Shown: in pieces, positions 47,420 to 63,180 of the stretch | How positions within the stretch are numbered: position 1 is the stretch's first letter | Layout: every line of letters begins with the position of its first letter | Assembly (NCBI RefSeq): GCF_009914755.1 | Contig: NC_060935.1 | Reading direction: 5' to 3' (one strand) | DNA from: the human T2T-CHM13v2.0 reference genome, Homo sapiens | DNA: 64,000 nt | Position numbers and translations under genes: made by a program | Notes under the pieces: model-generated | What the model saw: the letters and a program-made list of their open reading frames with translations, nothing else | What the model was told of the DNA's origin: nothing | Databases searched by the model: none

Positions 47420-48560
47420 GCCCCCTGCGTGGACACTTGGACCTGGTCTGGAGTGAATTGTTCTGTGGGGCTGGGAACACGCGCGGGGGCGGGGGGGGCT
47501 GTCAATGGGGAGGAGGGGTCCGTTCCAGGGCAGATGGGGCCTCAACTTCCCCAGGTCTCTCGGGTGGAAGGGGCTGCTCGCTCGTTGGGGGCCGCCCAGC
47601 CGGGAAGCTCCACGTGAGGCCGCCCTCTCCCTCGCGCCCCCTCGTGCTTACACTTACATTTCGCCTCCTTCCAGTCGGTGGAGGTGCTCAGGTCCACCTT
47701 CGCCGCCATGGCCAGGGGGGCCCAAGTGCGCACCCCGGCTGTCCGCCCCACCGCCGCCGCCCCCCACGCCCCAACTCCCGCCGAGGTCCGCGCACGGCGG
47801 CCGAACACGCCCAGGAACGCCGGGGGACCGCACGTGCTGCTGCGGGTCCTCGTGGCACCCGCCAAGTGTCCGGGCCGGGGGCGCGGGGGGACGAGCAGCT
47901 GCCCCGCCGCGCGCAGCTGTGCCAGGCGGCCGGACAGTCGGCTCTGTAGAGACATGAGCGGGCGGCGCGGGACGGCTCTCCGCCCACTTGGACTCTATTT
48001 ACGGCGCTCGGGAGTGTCTCTCCCTTATTTACTCTGGGACCGGGTGGCGACTGCCAGCCAGCGGCGACCTGCTCGGAGCCAGCGGGAGGCGCGGCCAGAA
48101 AACCCGGGAGCGCCGCTGGGCACCCTGGAACTTGTAGTCCGGGCCGCCGGATGGGCCCACGCACTCGTATACACACGTGCGCGCCCGCCCGGGCTCCCAG
48201 TGTCGCGGATGGAGCCCCGCCTGAGCCCTTCGACTTCTCCCGTGGCCGCCAGGCGCCTCCCCTCCGCGAGACCTCGGCCGCCTCTAACTTTCTGGTTGGC
48301 TGAGCGTCGGCTTCCCCGGCACGGGCTGAAGCCCCCGGGCCTTCCACGCAGCCCCGGGCCCCTCTGCCGCTCGGCCCCGCGGCGGAGCAGGCGCGCCGGC
48401 CGCTGCGTATCGAGCTGGGAGAGCCTGGCGCGGCTTCCGCAGTGCCGAGCGTTTTGCAGCCTGGGAGACCCGGGCTTCTCTCCCCGCGGGTCAGCAGGGC
48501 ACCGCCTCCACACCCCAGCCTGCCCTCCTAGGGACAGGTGCGACGAACGGGTAAATCCGG
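47420..48560. promoter_or_regulatory. MACROD1: CpG island / MACROD1 promoter and exon 1
   Basis: Very high GC and CpG density around the ATG; GC boxes, E-boxes (CACGTG at 47611, 47831, 48174) and an ACTACA-type motif at 48126-48140. Confidence 0.92.
47658..47955 (-). CDS. MACROD1: MACROD1 (LRP16; mono-ADP-ribosylhydrolase) coding exon 1, 298 nt, including the Arg-rich mitochondrial presequence
   Basis: MSLQSRLSGRLAQLRAAGQLL...MAAKVDLSTSTDWKEAK followed by donor T|gtaagt; splices in frame to exons 2 and 3 (298+102+117 nt). Confidence 0.97.
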
Positions 48561-48790
48561 TTTGGGGACTTCTCCCCAGAGCCTCTGCCTTCTAACAGCC
48601 CCGGGGCCAAGGCTCAGCTGGAGCAGAATCTAGGACAGCTGGGGAGGAGAGTCGAGGGTGGAAATAGTGGAATTTGGAGGCAGGAAACTTAGGCTTCAAG
48701 TGGCGTTCAAGGGTGGAAGGATTGGGGTGATGTTTTTGTGTGTGTCTGTGTGTTTTTTTTTTTTTTTCTTTTCTTTTTTAAACAAAAACC

Positions 48791-49106
<316 letters not shown>

Positions 49107-49170
49107 TTAAGTACTTTTATATATTTTTATGTACTATTAATATTACTTTATGATAAATATAATGAATACA

Positions 49171-49520
49171 GGCCGGGCCATTATAATAATATAATGAATG
49201 TAATAATGAATAATGAATAAGTGCTCACACCTGTAATCCCAGCACTTTGGGAGGCTGAGGCAAGAGGATTATTAGAGGCCAGGAGTTCAAGACCAGCCTG
49301 GGCAATATAGTGAGACCCCCTCATCTCTACCCGCCCCCACACAAAAAAATTACCCTGGTATGGTGGTAGACACTCACCTCTAGTCCCAGCTACTCCAGAG
49401 GCTGAGGCAGGCAAACACTTGAGCCCAAGGGTTCAAGGCTACAGAGAGCCATGATGGCACCACTGCACTACAGCCTGGACGACACAGTGAGACCCTATCT
49501 CAAAAGTAATAATAATAATG
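49171..49520 (+). mobile_element. AluJ-like element with an AT-rich insert near its 5' end
   Basis: ggccgggc, then AT-rich repeats, then gctcacacctgtaatccc. Confidence 0.88.
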
Positions 49521-50325
49521 AATATATTTTAATACGAGGGAGGAACGAGCCAGGGTTTCAGAGAAGGTTCTAGTACTAGTGTTGCTGCCCTAGGGTACCC
49601 TAGCCCCTTAAGACTCAAACTTCTTGAGCTGTCAGCTAGGAATAAGAGAGTCTGGCTGGTTGCAAACCTGCTCCTGTGCTCCAGGCCTCTGACTCTGAGT
49701 GTGGCAATAACCATGGATGGCCGTACGAGGATCCCTGACCTGCCATGGATGCAGATGGAACCACTGGGATGGTGACACGGGCTCACCCTTGGACTCCAGA
49801 CATTAAATCTGCCCAAGAGAGGATCAGCATAGACTTGCCAGCAGCAGGGTAGGCAGTCATCAGTACTGGGAGTGAGGGCAAAGGGGAGCCAGAGGCCAGG
49901 AAGGAAGAGCCCACGGCCCCCAGCATTCCAGGACCACCAGCAAGGCCTGCACCCTCTCCTGAAAACATCAGCAAGGCACGGTTCAGGATGTAGGGGTCAG
50001 GCTCCAGGTCACCTCACCAGTTGTGGCCCCTCCAGTAACTCAGAGTAAAGGAAGGACCTTGCTGACTGCAACCAGGACAGCCAACACCTACATGCACGAA
50101 GTCCCAGCTGTACTGAGCTAAGCCCTCTATGTCCATTCCCACTACCTCCATTAGCCCGTTATATCCTCAGCTCTCACCCCCTCCAGGCAGAGAGATGATT
50201 GGCCCAAGGTCAGGTCAGGATCCCAGCCCCGACTTGGGTCCAGGTCTGTTTGGTTCCCATCTGCAGTCTGGAAAATGGTTATGCAGGTGTCACTGATTGG
50301 TGAAATGAGGCATGTGGGTGATGCA

Positions 50326-50812
50326 GTATATTACTTCTCCATTGCTGCTGTACCATTACCGCAAATTCACTGGCTTCAACGACACATTTAGTATCTTAAA
50401 GTTCTGTAGGACAGAAGTCTGATGTGGGCATCACTGGGTTAAAATCAAGGGGAACACGAGGCCATGTTCCTTTCTGGAAGCCCTAGCAGACAGCCTGTAT
50501 CATTGCCTTTTCTGATTCCCAGAGACCACTCACATTCCTTGGCTTGAGACCTGTTCCTCCATGTTCAAAGCCAGCGCGGTTGCATCTGAGCATTCTCCTG
50601 TAGTGGCATTTCCCTCTGATACTCTCCTTCTGCCTCTCTCTTCCATCTTCAGGGACACTTGTGATTACATGGAGCCCACCTAGATAATCTGTGACAATTT
50701 CTCTACTTAGCTGATTTGCAGCCTTCATTCCCCTTTGCCGTGTAATGTAACATATTTACAGGCTCTAGGATTTAGGATGTGGAGTCTTTGGAGGGCCATT
50801 ATTCTGCCCTGT
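50326..50812 (-). mobile_element. MaLR LTR (MLT1C/D-like)
   Basis: attgctgctgtaccattaccgcaaattcactggctt...cacattccttggctt...gtaacatatttacaggctctaggatttaggatgtggagtctttggagggccattattctgcc. Confidence 0.85.
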
Positions 50813-50890
50813 GCAACCTTCCTGGCAATGTCTAGTGAGGATGATGAGGTAGAGGCAGGGTCCCCAGCCATAAGAAAGTCTTGGCGTTCA

Positions 50891-51800
<910 letters not shown>

Positions 51801-52493
51801 TAGTGAAGGTCCCTGCTAACAGCTCTCCGTGGTCTACTGGAGGCCTGGGTCACATGCGTAAGTGCTCCTGGGCAGGCAGCAGCATTCTAAACTTCAGTGA
51901 GGAAGGATATCTTCATAGAATTTGAGCTGGACCTTTTGGAAAAAGTAAAATTTTGCCAGGTATGGAAGGTGTGTATGTGTTGGGGGCGTTCCACGCAGAG
52001 AGGCCCACAGAAGCAAAGGCGTGGAAGTCTGTGGAATGCTGAATCTTCGGCTGGGGCTGTGGCATAGGGTGTTGTCAGTTGAGGATTTTTAATGTTGGAG
52101 AGGGGGTTTTGTGCAGAGAAAAGCTACCTACTGCTGCTTGTGTTTAAATTAATACTGTATTTATTAAACATAAATTTTAAAAACTAGTTTTTCTTAAACA
52201 TCCAAGTGCAATTTGTAAATCTAGTTTTCTATGTATAAGCCTACTAATTTTTTTATAAAAGTAAGAACAATTATGTTCACTTATTCTTTAATATTTAATT
52301 AACTCATAAGTTCAACAGATTAAATTATTCTAAAAATTAATGCCAGTTACAAACTTAGGTAATTAAATCCTCTAATAGATTTTAAACTATATTTTACAGA
52401 CTTAAAGTAGCTGATCCTCTCAAACACCTCAAATTCCCAGCAGAAGAGACTTACAAGGATTTTTTTTTTTTTCTTATCACTTAAGCAACTCTT

Positions 52494-55400
52494 TTTCTTT
52501 TTCCTTTTTTCAGGGACAGCGTCTACAGGGTCTGGAGCAATCATGACTCACTAGCTTTGACCTCCTGGGCTCAATCGATCCTCCAGCCTCAGCCTCCTGA
52601 GCAGCTGGGACTACAGGTGTGTGCCACCGCACCCAGCTAATTTTTTTTTTTTTTTTTTTTTTTTTCCCGTTAAAGGATTTATTGAAACATCAACCTTCAC
52701 TTTATTTATTTTTTTTTTTTTTTAATTTATTTTTTTATTGATAATTCTTGGGTGTTTCTCACAGAGGGGGATTTGGCAGGGTCATGGGACAATAGTGGAG
52801 GGAAGGTCAGCAGATAAACAAGTGAACAAAGGTCTCTGGTTTTCCTAGGCAGAGGACCCTGCGGCCTTCCGCAGTGTTTGTGTCCCTGATTACTTGAGAT
52901 TAGGGATTGGTGATGACTCTTAACGAGCATGCTGCCTTCAAGCATCTGTTTAACAAAGCACATCTTGCACCGCCCTTAATCCATTTAACCCTGAGTGGAC
53001 ACAGCACATGTTTCAGAGAGCACAGGGTTGGGGGTAAGGTCACAGATCAACAGGATCCCAAGACAGAGGAATTTTTCTTAGTGCAGAACAAAATGAAAAG
53101 TCTCCCATGTCTACTTCTTTCTACACAGACACGGCAACCATCCGATTTCTCAATCTTTTCCCCGCCTTTCCCGCCTTTCTATTCCACAAGGCCGCCATTG
53201 TCATCCTGGCCCGTTCTCAATGAGCTGTTGGGCACACCTCCCAGACGGGGTGGTGGCTGGGCAGAGGCGCCCCTCACCTCCCGGACGGGGCGGCTGGCCG
53301 GGCGGGGGGGCTGACCCCCCCCACCTCCCTCCTGGACGGGGCGGCTGGCCGGGCGGGGGGCTGACACCCCCACCTCCCTCCCGGACGGGGCGGCTGGCCG
53401 GGCAGAGGGGCTCCTCGCTTCCCAGTAGGGGCGGCCGGGCAGAGGCGCCCCTCACCTCCTGGACGGGGCGGCTGGCCGGGCAGGGGGGCTGACCCCCCCC
53501 CACCTCCCTCCCGGACGGGGCGGCTGGCCGGGCAGAGGGGCTCCTCACTTCCCAGTAGGGGCGGCCAGGCAGAGGCGCCCCTCACCTCCCGGACGGGGCC
53601 ACTGGCCGGGCAGGGGGGCTGACCCCCCCCACCTCCCTCCCGGACGGGGCGGCTGGCCGGGCGGGGGGCTGACCCCCCCACCTCCCTCCCGGACGAGGCG
53701 GCTGGCCTGGCGTGGGGCTGACACCCCCACCTCCCTCCCGGACAGGGCGGCTGGCCGGGCGGGGGGCTGACCCCCCCACCTCCCTCCCGGATGGGGCGGC
53801 TGGTCGGGCGGGGGGCCGACCCCCCCACCTCCCTCCCGGACGGGGCGGCTGGCCGGGCAGAGGGGCTCCTCACTTCCCAGTAGGGGCGGCCGGGCAGAGG
53901 CGCCCCTCACCTCCCAGACGGGGCGGCTGGCCGGGCGGAGGGCTGACCCCCCCACCTCCCTCCCGGACAGGGCGGCTGGCCGGGCGGGGGGCTGACCCCC
54001 CCACCTCCCTCCCGGACGGGGCGGCTGGCCGGGCAGAGGGGCTCCTCACTTCCCAGTAGGGGCGGCCGGGCAGAGGCGCCCCTCACCTCCCAGACGGGGC
54101 GGCTGGCCGGGCGGGGGGCTGACCCCCCCACCTCCCTCCCGGACGGGGCGGCTGGCCAGGCGGGGGGCTGACCCCCCCACCTCCCTCCCGGACGGGGCGG
54201 CTGGCCGGGTGGGGGGGCTGACCCCCCCATCTCCCTCCCGGACGGGGTGGCTGGCCGGGCTGAGGGGCTCCTCACTTCCCAGTAGGGGCGGCCGGGCAGA
54301 GGCGCCCCTCACCTCCCGGACGGGGCGGCTGGCCGGGCGGGGGGCTGACCCCCCCACCTCCCTCCCGGACGGGGTGGCTGGCCGGGCTGAGGGGCTCCTC
54401 ACTTCCCAGTAGGGGCGGCCGGGCAGAGGCGCCCCTCACCTCCCGGATGGCACGGCTGGCCGGGCGGGGGGGCTGACCCCCCACCTCCCTCCCGGATGGG
54501 GCGGCTGGCCGGGTGGGGGGCTGACCCCCCCCACCTCCCTCCCGGACGGGGTGGCTGCTGGGCGGAGATGCTCCTCACTTCCCAGATGGGGTGGCTGCCG
54601 GGCGGAGAGGCTCCTCACTTCTCAGACGGGGCAGCTGCCGGGCGGAGGGGCTCCTCACTTCTCAGACGGGGTGGTTGCCAGGCAGAGGGTCTCCTCACTT
54701 CTCAGACGGGGCGGCCGGGCAGAGACGCTCCTCACCTCCCAGACGGGGTCTCGGCCGGGCAGAGGCGCTCCTCACATCCCAGATGGGGTGGCGGGGCAGA
54801 GGCGCTCCCCACATCTCAGACGATGGGCGGCCGGGCAGAGACGCTCCTCACTTCCTAGATGTGATGGCGGCTGGGAAGAGGTGCTCCTCACTTCCTAGAT
54901 GGGATGGCGGCCGGGCGGAGACGCTCCTCACTTTCCAGACTGGGCAGCCAGGCAGAGGGGCTCCTCACATCCCAGACGATGGGCGGCCAGGCAGAGACGC
55001 TCCTCACTTCCCAGACGGGGTGGCGGCCGGGCAGAGGCTGCAATCTCGGCATTTTGGGAGGCCAAGGCAGGCGGCTGGGAGGTGTAGGTTGTAGTGAGCC
55101 GAGATCACGCCACTGCACTCCAGCCTGGGCACCATTGAGCACTGAGTGAACGAGACTCCGTCTGCAATCCCGGCACCTCGGGAGGCCGAGGTTGGCGGAT
55201 CACTCGCGGTTAGGGGCTGGAGACCGGCCCGGCCAACACAGCGAAACCCTGTCTCCACCAAAACCAGTCAGGCGTGGCGGCGCGTGCCTGCAATCGCAGG
55301 CACTCGGCAGACTGAGGCAGGAGAATCAGGCAGGGAGGATGCAGTGAGCCGAGATGGCAGCAGTACAGTCCAGCTTCGGCTCCGCATGAGAGGGAGACCG

Positions 55401-55589
55401 TGGGGAGAGGGAGAGCGAGAGGGAGACGGAGAGCGAGAGGGAGACGGAGTTTTTTTTTTTTTTTTTTTTTTAAGAGATTGGGTCTCACTGTGTTGCCAAG
55501 GCTGGTCTCAAACTCCTGGGCTCAAGCAATCTTCCTGCTTCAGCCTTCCAAGGTGTTAGGGTTACAGGCATGAGCCACTGTGCCCAGCC
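52494..55589 (-). mobile_element. Host AluJ-like element split by the SVA (right arm ~52494-52640, left arm ~55450-55589)
   Basis: The two arms rejoin across the SVA; TSD AAGCAACTCTT at 52483-52493 and 55590-55600. Confidence 0.92.
52641..55449 (-). mobile_element. SVA retrotransposon, near full length (SVA_F-like), with a 3' transduction
   Basis: Minus-strand order: short CCCTCT-like head (~55449-55402), Alu-like domain (~55400-55030), GC-rich VNTR (~55030-53230), SINE-R (~53230-52735), poly(A). The subfamily is judged from recalled motifs (TCATGCGGAGCC, GGTTTTGGTGGAGAC) and is less certain than the SVA call. Confidence 0.97.
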
Positions 55590-55679
55590 AAGCAACTCTT
55601 ATATACTAATAAACTTATAAATCTGGCAAATCAGTTATCTTAAATATTCAATCCTGTTTCCAAACTTAGATCCTCTTAG

Positions 55680-55990
55680 ACTGTCACAGTTATCTACTGC
55701 TTTGTAATGAGTCACTGAAAATGTACTGGCTTAACATAACAACAGTTCTAAGTCAGCAGTTTGGGCTGAGCTAAGCTAGCCGGTTCATCTGCTGGTGTCA
55801 CTGGGTCACTCTTGTACCTGCAGCTATAGTCATCTGACAACCCAACTGGGGTTGGGGGTCCAAGGTGGTCTCACTCACATGACTGATGGTTGGTGCTGGC
55901 TGTCAGCTGAGGCCCCTTGGCTCTGCTCCACATGGTCTCACCTTTCAAGGTGGCAGAGCCAGCCAGAGGAGCAGATACACCACCACAGCA
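55680..55990 (-). mobile_element. MaLR LTR fragment (MLT1-type)
   Basis: cagttatctactgct...ctggcttaacataacaac...gggctgagctaagct...ccaaggtggtctcactcacatgactg. Confidence 0.65.
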
Positions 55991-56449
55991 GGGCTGAAGT
56001 TGCAGTGACATTCAGGACCACAGTACAGTTAGGGTTTTCCTGCTACTGGTCTGAGATTTAAGACCAGAGCAGGACCCAGGAGAATTCTACCATATCTAAA
56101 GGGATCCCCAGATCCACTCCTCTCCCCTGGGACTTAATGATAAAGTCTGATGCATCACTGTTTCCTGAGAGTCTTAAGTGGCAGCCCTCCCCCATTTTTA
56201 CCCTGCCATCTTTCTACTTTTTATAGCCTCATTTGGGTAGATAAGCGTCCGTCCCTCCAGCTCTCAGGTCCTCCTGTCGTCTTCTCTGATGACAATTTTG
56301 CATTCCACCCTCATCCAGGTTGTACTACTGTCTTCATATCTCACTTTATTACTTGCCTATGTTTCATTTTACTATCCGTTTCATTGGCCATATTGTACAG
56401 TCATTATGTTGAGAGGTATATAAGGGAAGGATGGATTACAAGGTATTAA

Positions 56450-56807
<358 letters not shown>

Positions 56808-57132
56808 TCTATGTGACGTTTGGCAGACTGATCTGAAGACCATGTCGGCTGTCTGGGAAAGTCCTCAGTGATCTTGAGAGGGCCAGACAGATACTGAGTG
56901 TTCTTATCCCACGCCACCCTCCCCAGGGGAAGGGCCTTAGTGGGCCAGGGGGTTTCGTTCCTGGAGCCAGCAGAGGGAGGGCTTCAGCTGCCCCTACTCT
57001 GACTTCAGAGAAGGCCCAGGAGGGAGGTAGATGCTTCAGGGACATTTGGATTGAAGTGCACAAAATCCTTTAAAAGTAATGTTTATTGTAATAGATTTTA
57101 ACAACATAGAAATAAAGTAAAAAGTGAAAGCC

Positions 57133-57695
57133 AGCAGGGTGCTGTGGCTCAGGCCTGGAATCACAGTACTTTAGGAGGCCAAGGCAGGAGGATCGCTTGA
57201 GCCTGGAAGTTCAAGACCAGCCTGGGAAACATAGTAGGACCCTGACTCCACAAAAAATATTGGCCGGGCGCGGTGGCTCACGCCTGTAATCCCAGCACCT
57301 TGGGAAGCTGAGGCGGGCAGACCATCTGAGGTCGGGAGTTCGAGAGCAGCCTGACCAACATGGAGAAACCCCGTCTCTACTAAAAATACAAAATTAGCCG
57401 GTCATGGTGGTGCATGCCTGTAATCCCAGCTACTTGGGAGGCTGAGGCAGGAGAATTCTTGAACCCGGAAGGCAGAGGTTGTGGTGAGCCAAGATCACGC
57501 TATTGCACTCTAGCCTGGGCAAAGATAGCTAAACTCCGTCTAAAAAAAATGAAAGTAAAAATATTGGCTGGGCGTGCTGGTGCACCTGTAGCCCCAGCTA
57601 ATCTGGGGGCTGAGGCTGGAGAATCACTTGAACCCAGGAGTTCAAGAGTAGCCTGGGCAACATAGTGAGACCCTGTTTCTACAAAAAAAAAAAAA
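57133..57695 (+). mobile_element. Nested Alus (AluJ-like host with an AluS at ~57262-57560)
   Basis: Outer TSD AAAAGTGAAAGCC; inner TSD aaaaatattggc. Confidence 0.88.
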
Positions 57696-57706
57696 GTGAA
57701 AGCCCT

Positions 57707-59037
<1,331 letters not shown>

Positions 59038-59229
59038 GCACACCGCCTCCCTGTTCCCAGTCCACAGAGGTAATTCCTGTAGCCACTGGCTGCGTATCGT
59101 AGATTTTTTCCCTGCATGTATAATCATATGTGAAGAGATACACACATAATTTTATTTTTACAAAAATAGGATTCAGCCATACACACTGTTCCACAACTAC
59201 TATGCTTTTTTTTTTTTTTTTTTTTTTTA

Positions 59230-60463
<1,234 letters not shown>

Positions 60464-61257
60464 AACCACTAACTTTTTTCATTCTACCATATGTCCTTGC
60501 CATGTCAATATCTACCCAAATGTTGTTTCTTCACACTTGCCAATATCCCATCCTATGGAGGCAGCATCGTGTTTTCCAGTGTCCTCCATAGTTGGACTCA
60601 GGTGGTTTCCATCCCTTTTGCTGTCCCAGACAGTGCTGTGTGAGACGTCCTGTGCCACCAGGGTAGGGTCCCTGCGGGAGACATTCCTAAGAGCAGAATC
60701 ACTTTTGTGTTTTCAATAGCTATTGCTAAGCGTACCTTCCTACGGGCGGTGTAGAAGAGGCACGTATCCCACCCACGTCCACACAGGCACACTCTCTACC
60801 ACTTGGTATTTCTCAACAGAGGTGCTGGGAAGGAGACAGTGGGGTTGGGCCATTTGGATCTGAGGGGCTACAACAATTCGGCTCAGAAAAGAATAAGCAG
60901 AAAAGGGAGTGAGGAAGCCCAGAGGGAAGGTCCAAGGGACCTTCTGGGAAAGGCTGAGGGACCCCCAGGGCAGCGGAGGGTGACCAGTTCCATTGGCTCA
61001 TTCAACAAACACTAAGCACTGACAATGCCCCGGGCTCTGCACTGGGGTCCAGCACATGGCAATGAAAGAAACGTCTTCCTCGTGGGAAGAAGTCGACACA
61101 CAAAAGTCATTTCACAGAGTGCTTGGATCAGTGGGCTGGGGCGGCTGGAGAGGAGCAGATGCAACAAGCACTAGCATGACACTGGCTCATGAGAATTCCC
61201 GAGAATTTCTGCCATACGTGGCGAAGGGGAAAGTGCAGGAACAAATCCTTGGACATG

Positions 61258-61780
61258 ACTGTTCTAGTTACCTACTGCTGTGGAACAAACTACCTTAAGC
61301 TACCTTGCTTTTCTGGCTGGGAACAATAGCAATTTAATTCCTTCTCAAGATTTTGTGGGTCAGGGCTCAGCTAGGTGATTCTTCTGCTCCATGTGGGCTT
61401 GACTAGGGTCACTCAGTGGGATTCGCTGGAGACTGGGCTGGGCTAGAGGGCCCAAGACAGCTTCCTTCATGTTACCTGGAGCCCGCACTATGTTGCGGAA
61501 CAGTTGGCTTGCCACAAGGCTAGCGTGGGCTTCCCCACACCATGGTGGCCTCAGGGCACTCAGACTTCTTCAGTGGCAGCACAGGCTCCAAGGCAGTGTG
61601 TCCCAAGAAACAAGAAGTGGAAGCTGCCAGTTTTATAAGGCTTGGAAACTGCAAGATGTTATTTCTGTTGTATTCTATTGGTCAGAGTAGTCCCAACTCC
61701 ATGGAATTCAAGGGGAGGGGACACAGACCTCCCACTTTGCAATGAGAGGGGTGTCAATGAATATGCACCATCTTTCATCT
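61258..61780 (-). mobile_element. MaLR LTR (MLT1-type)
   Basis: tagttacctactgctgtggaacaaactacc...ggctcagctaggtgattcttctgctccatgtg...attctattggtcagagtagtc. Confidence 0.7.
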
Positions 61781-61929
61781 CTCTCAGTGACCCTTGACAT
61801 CGTTCTCTTGCCATTGGGTGTCATATTATGTGCTGTGGTCAGTTGCAATCTGCTTGCCATGTAGCAGGCAGGTTTCACCCTTGAGCCTCAACCTCGGTGT
61901 GCAGGAACTGCTGTGTTTATATTAATATT

Positions 61930-62125
61930 TCTCTCCCTCAGCTCTATTGACATTTGGAGCCAAATAATTGTGATGGCTATTCTGTGCCTTGTAGGGTGTT
62001 TAGCAGCATCCTTGGCCACTACAGCATGTGCACACAAACACACACACACACTCAGTTATGACAACCCAAATGTCTCCAGACATTGCCAAATGACAGCTGG
62101 GGACACCCTAGCTGAAAACCATTGC
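61930..62125. mobile_element. MER20 (hAT DNA transposon relic)
   Basis: ctattgacatttggagccaaataat...tgtagggtgtttagcagcatcc...gacaacccaaatgtctccagacattgccaaatg. Confidence 0.8.
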
Positions 62126-62127
62126 CT

Positions 62128-62482
<355 letters not shown>

Positions 62483-62809
62483 CTATCCTACTCAGCTGTG
62501 AGGAACTCATCCTGTTCCCAGTTCACATGGTCCTTAACCCTTGGGAAGGGCTCTGATCCACTGTGTGCCATGGCTGCTGCTGAGCTGGCCTCACCTCAGT
62601 GGTCCCCTGAAATACAGAGTCTCTCCTCCCGCCCCCTAACCCAACCCCACATCTTACAGAGGCTATATATGGCCTGCGTGCCTAGGCTGGGGGGGCCCCT
62701 TGCAGGGTGTCTAAGCACATTGTCACCTCTGACTCTGGGCATCTACCAGTCCAAGGAGCAACACTCCTTCCCCCTACACCCTGAGGGGGTCCCGGGGGTC
62801 TGCGTCCAG

Positions 62810-63180
62810 CTGACGGAATTAGCTGATGGACTGGATACGGGCTGTGAAAGAGGATGAGTCGAGAATGCTTCCACAGTTTTCAGCCTGAGCCGCTGAAAGA
62901 ATAATGATGCCATTGGCAAGAGGAAGTCAAGGGCAGGCGGGGTTGAGAGGGATATTGGGAATTATGATTTGAGCACCCCGGGAAGTCTGTCAGCCATCCA
63001 CACGAAGATGTCCAGATGGCAGCTGGATAGATAAGTCTGGGACTGGGGGGTGAGATCTGTGCAGAGGACAGGTTTATGGGAGTCATCTGAGATGGCATTT
63101 ATAGCCACAAGACTGGCTGGATCTCCCAGGGAGGGGGGTGTGGATAGCAAGGCCCAGGACTGGGCTCCAGGGTTCTCTGA
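62810..63180 (-). mobile_element. L2 fragment
   Basis: gatggactggat...agatgtccagatggcagctggatagataagtctgg...tttatgggagtcatc...atttatagccacaagactgg. Confidence 0.75.

Noticed and set aside
47678-48595. 305-aa plus-strand ORF and overlapping 160-220 aa ORFs across the promoter
   Set aside because: Stop-poor CpG-island DNA antisense to MACROD1 exon 1; low-complexity R/P/A/G composition, non-ATG start, no recognisable domain
49570-49603. Two adjacent perfect palindromes, CTAGTACTAG and CTAGGGTACCCTAG
   Set aside because: Short enough to be chance, with no supporting context such as terminal inverted repeats or a known motif
52727-55559. Many ORFs in the SVA (e.g. MVMTLNEHAAFKHLFNKAHL..., PPPGQPPRPGG repeats)
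   Set aside because: Standard translations of the non-coding SINE-R, VNTR and Alu-like domains
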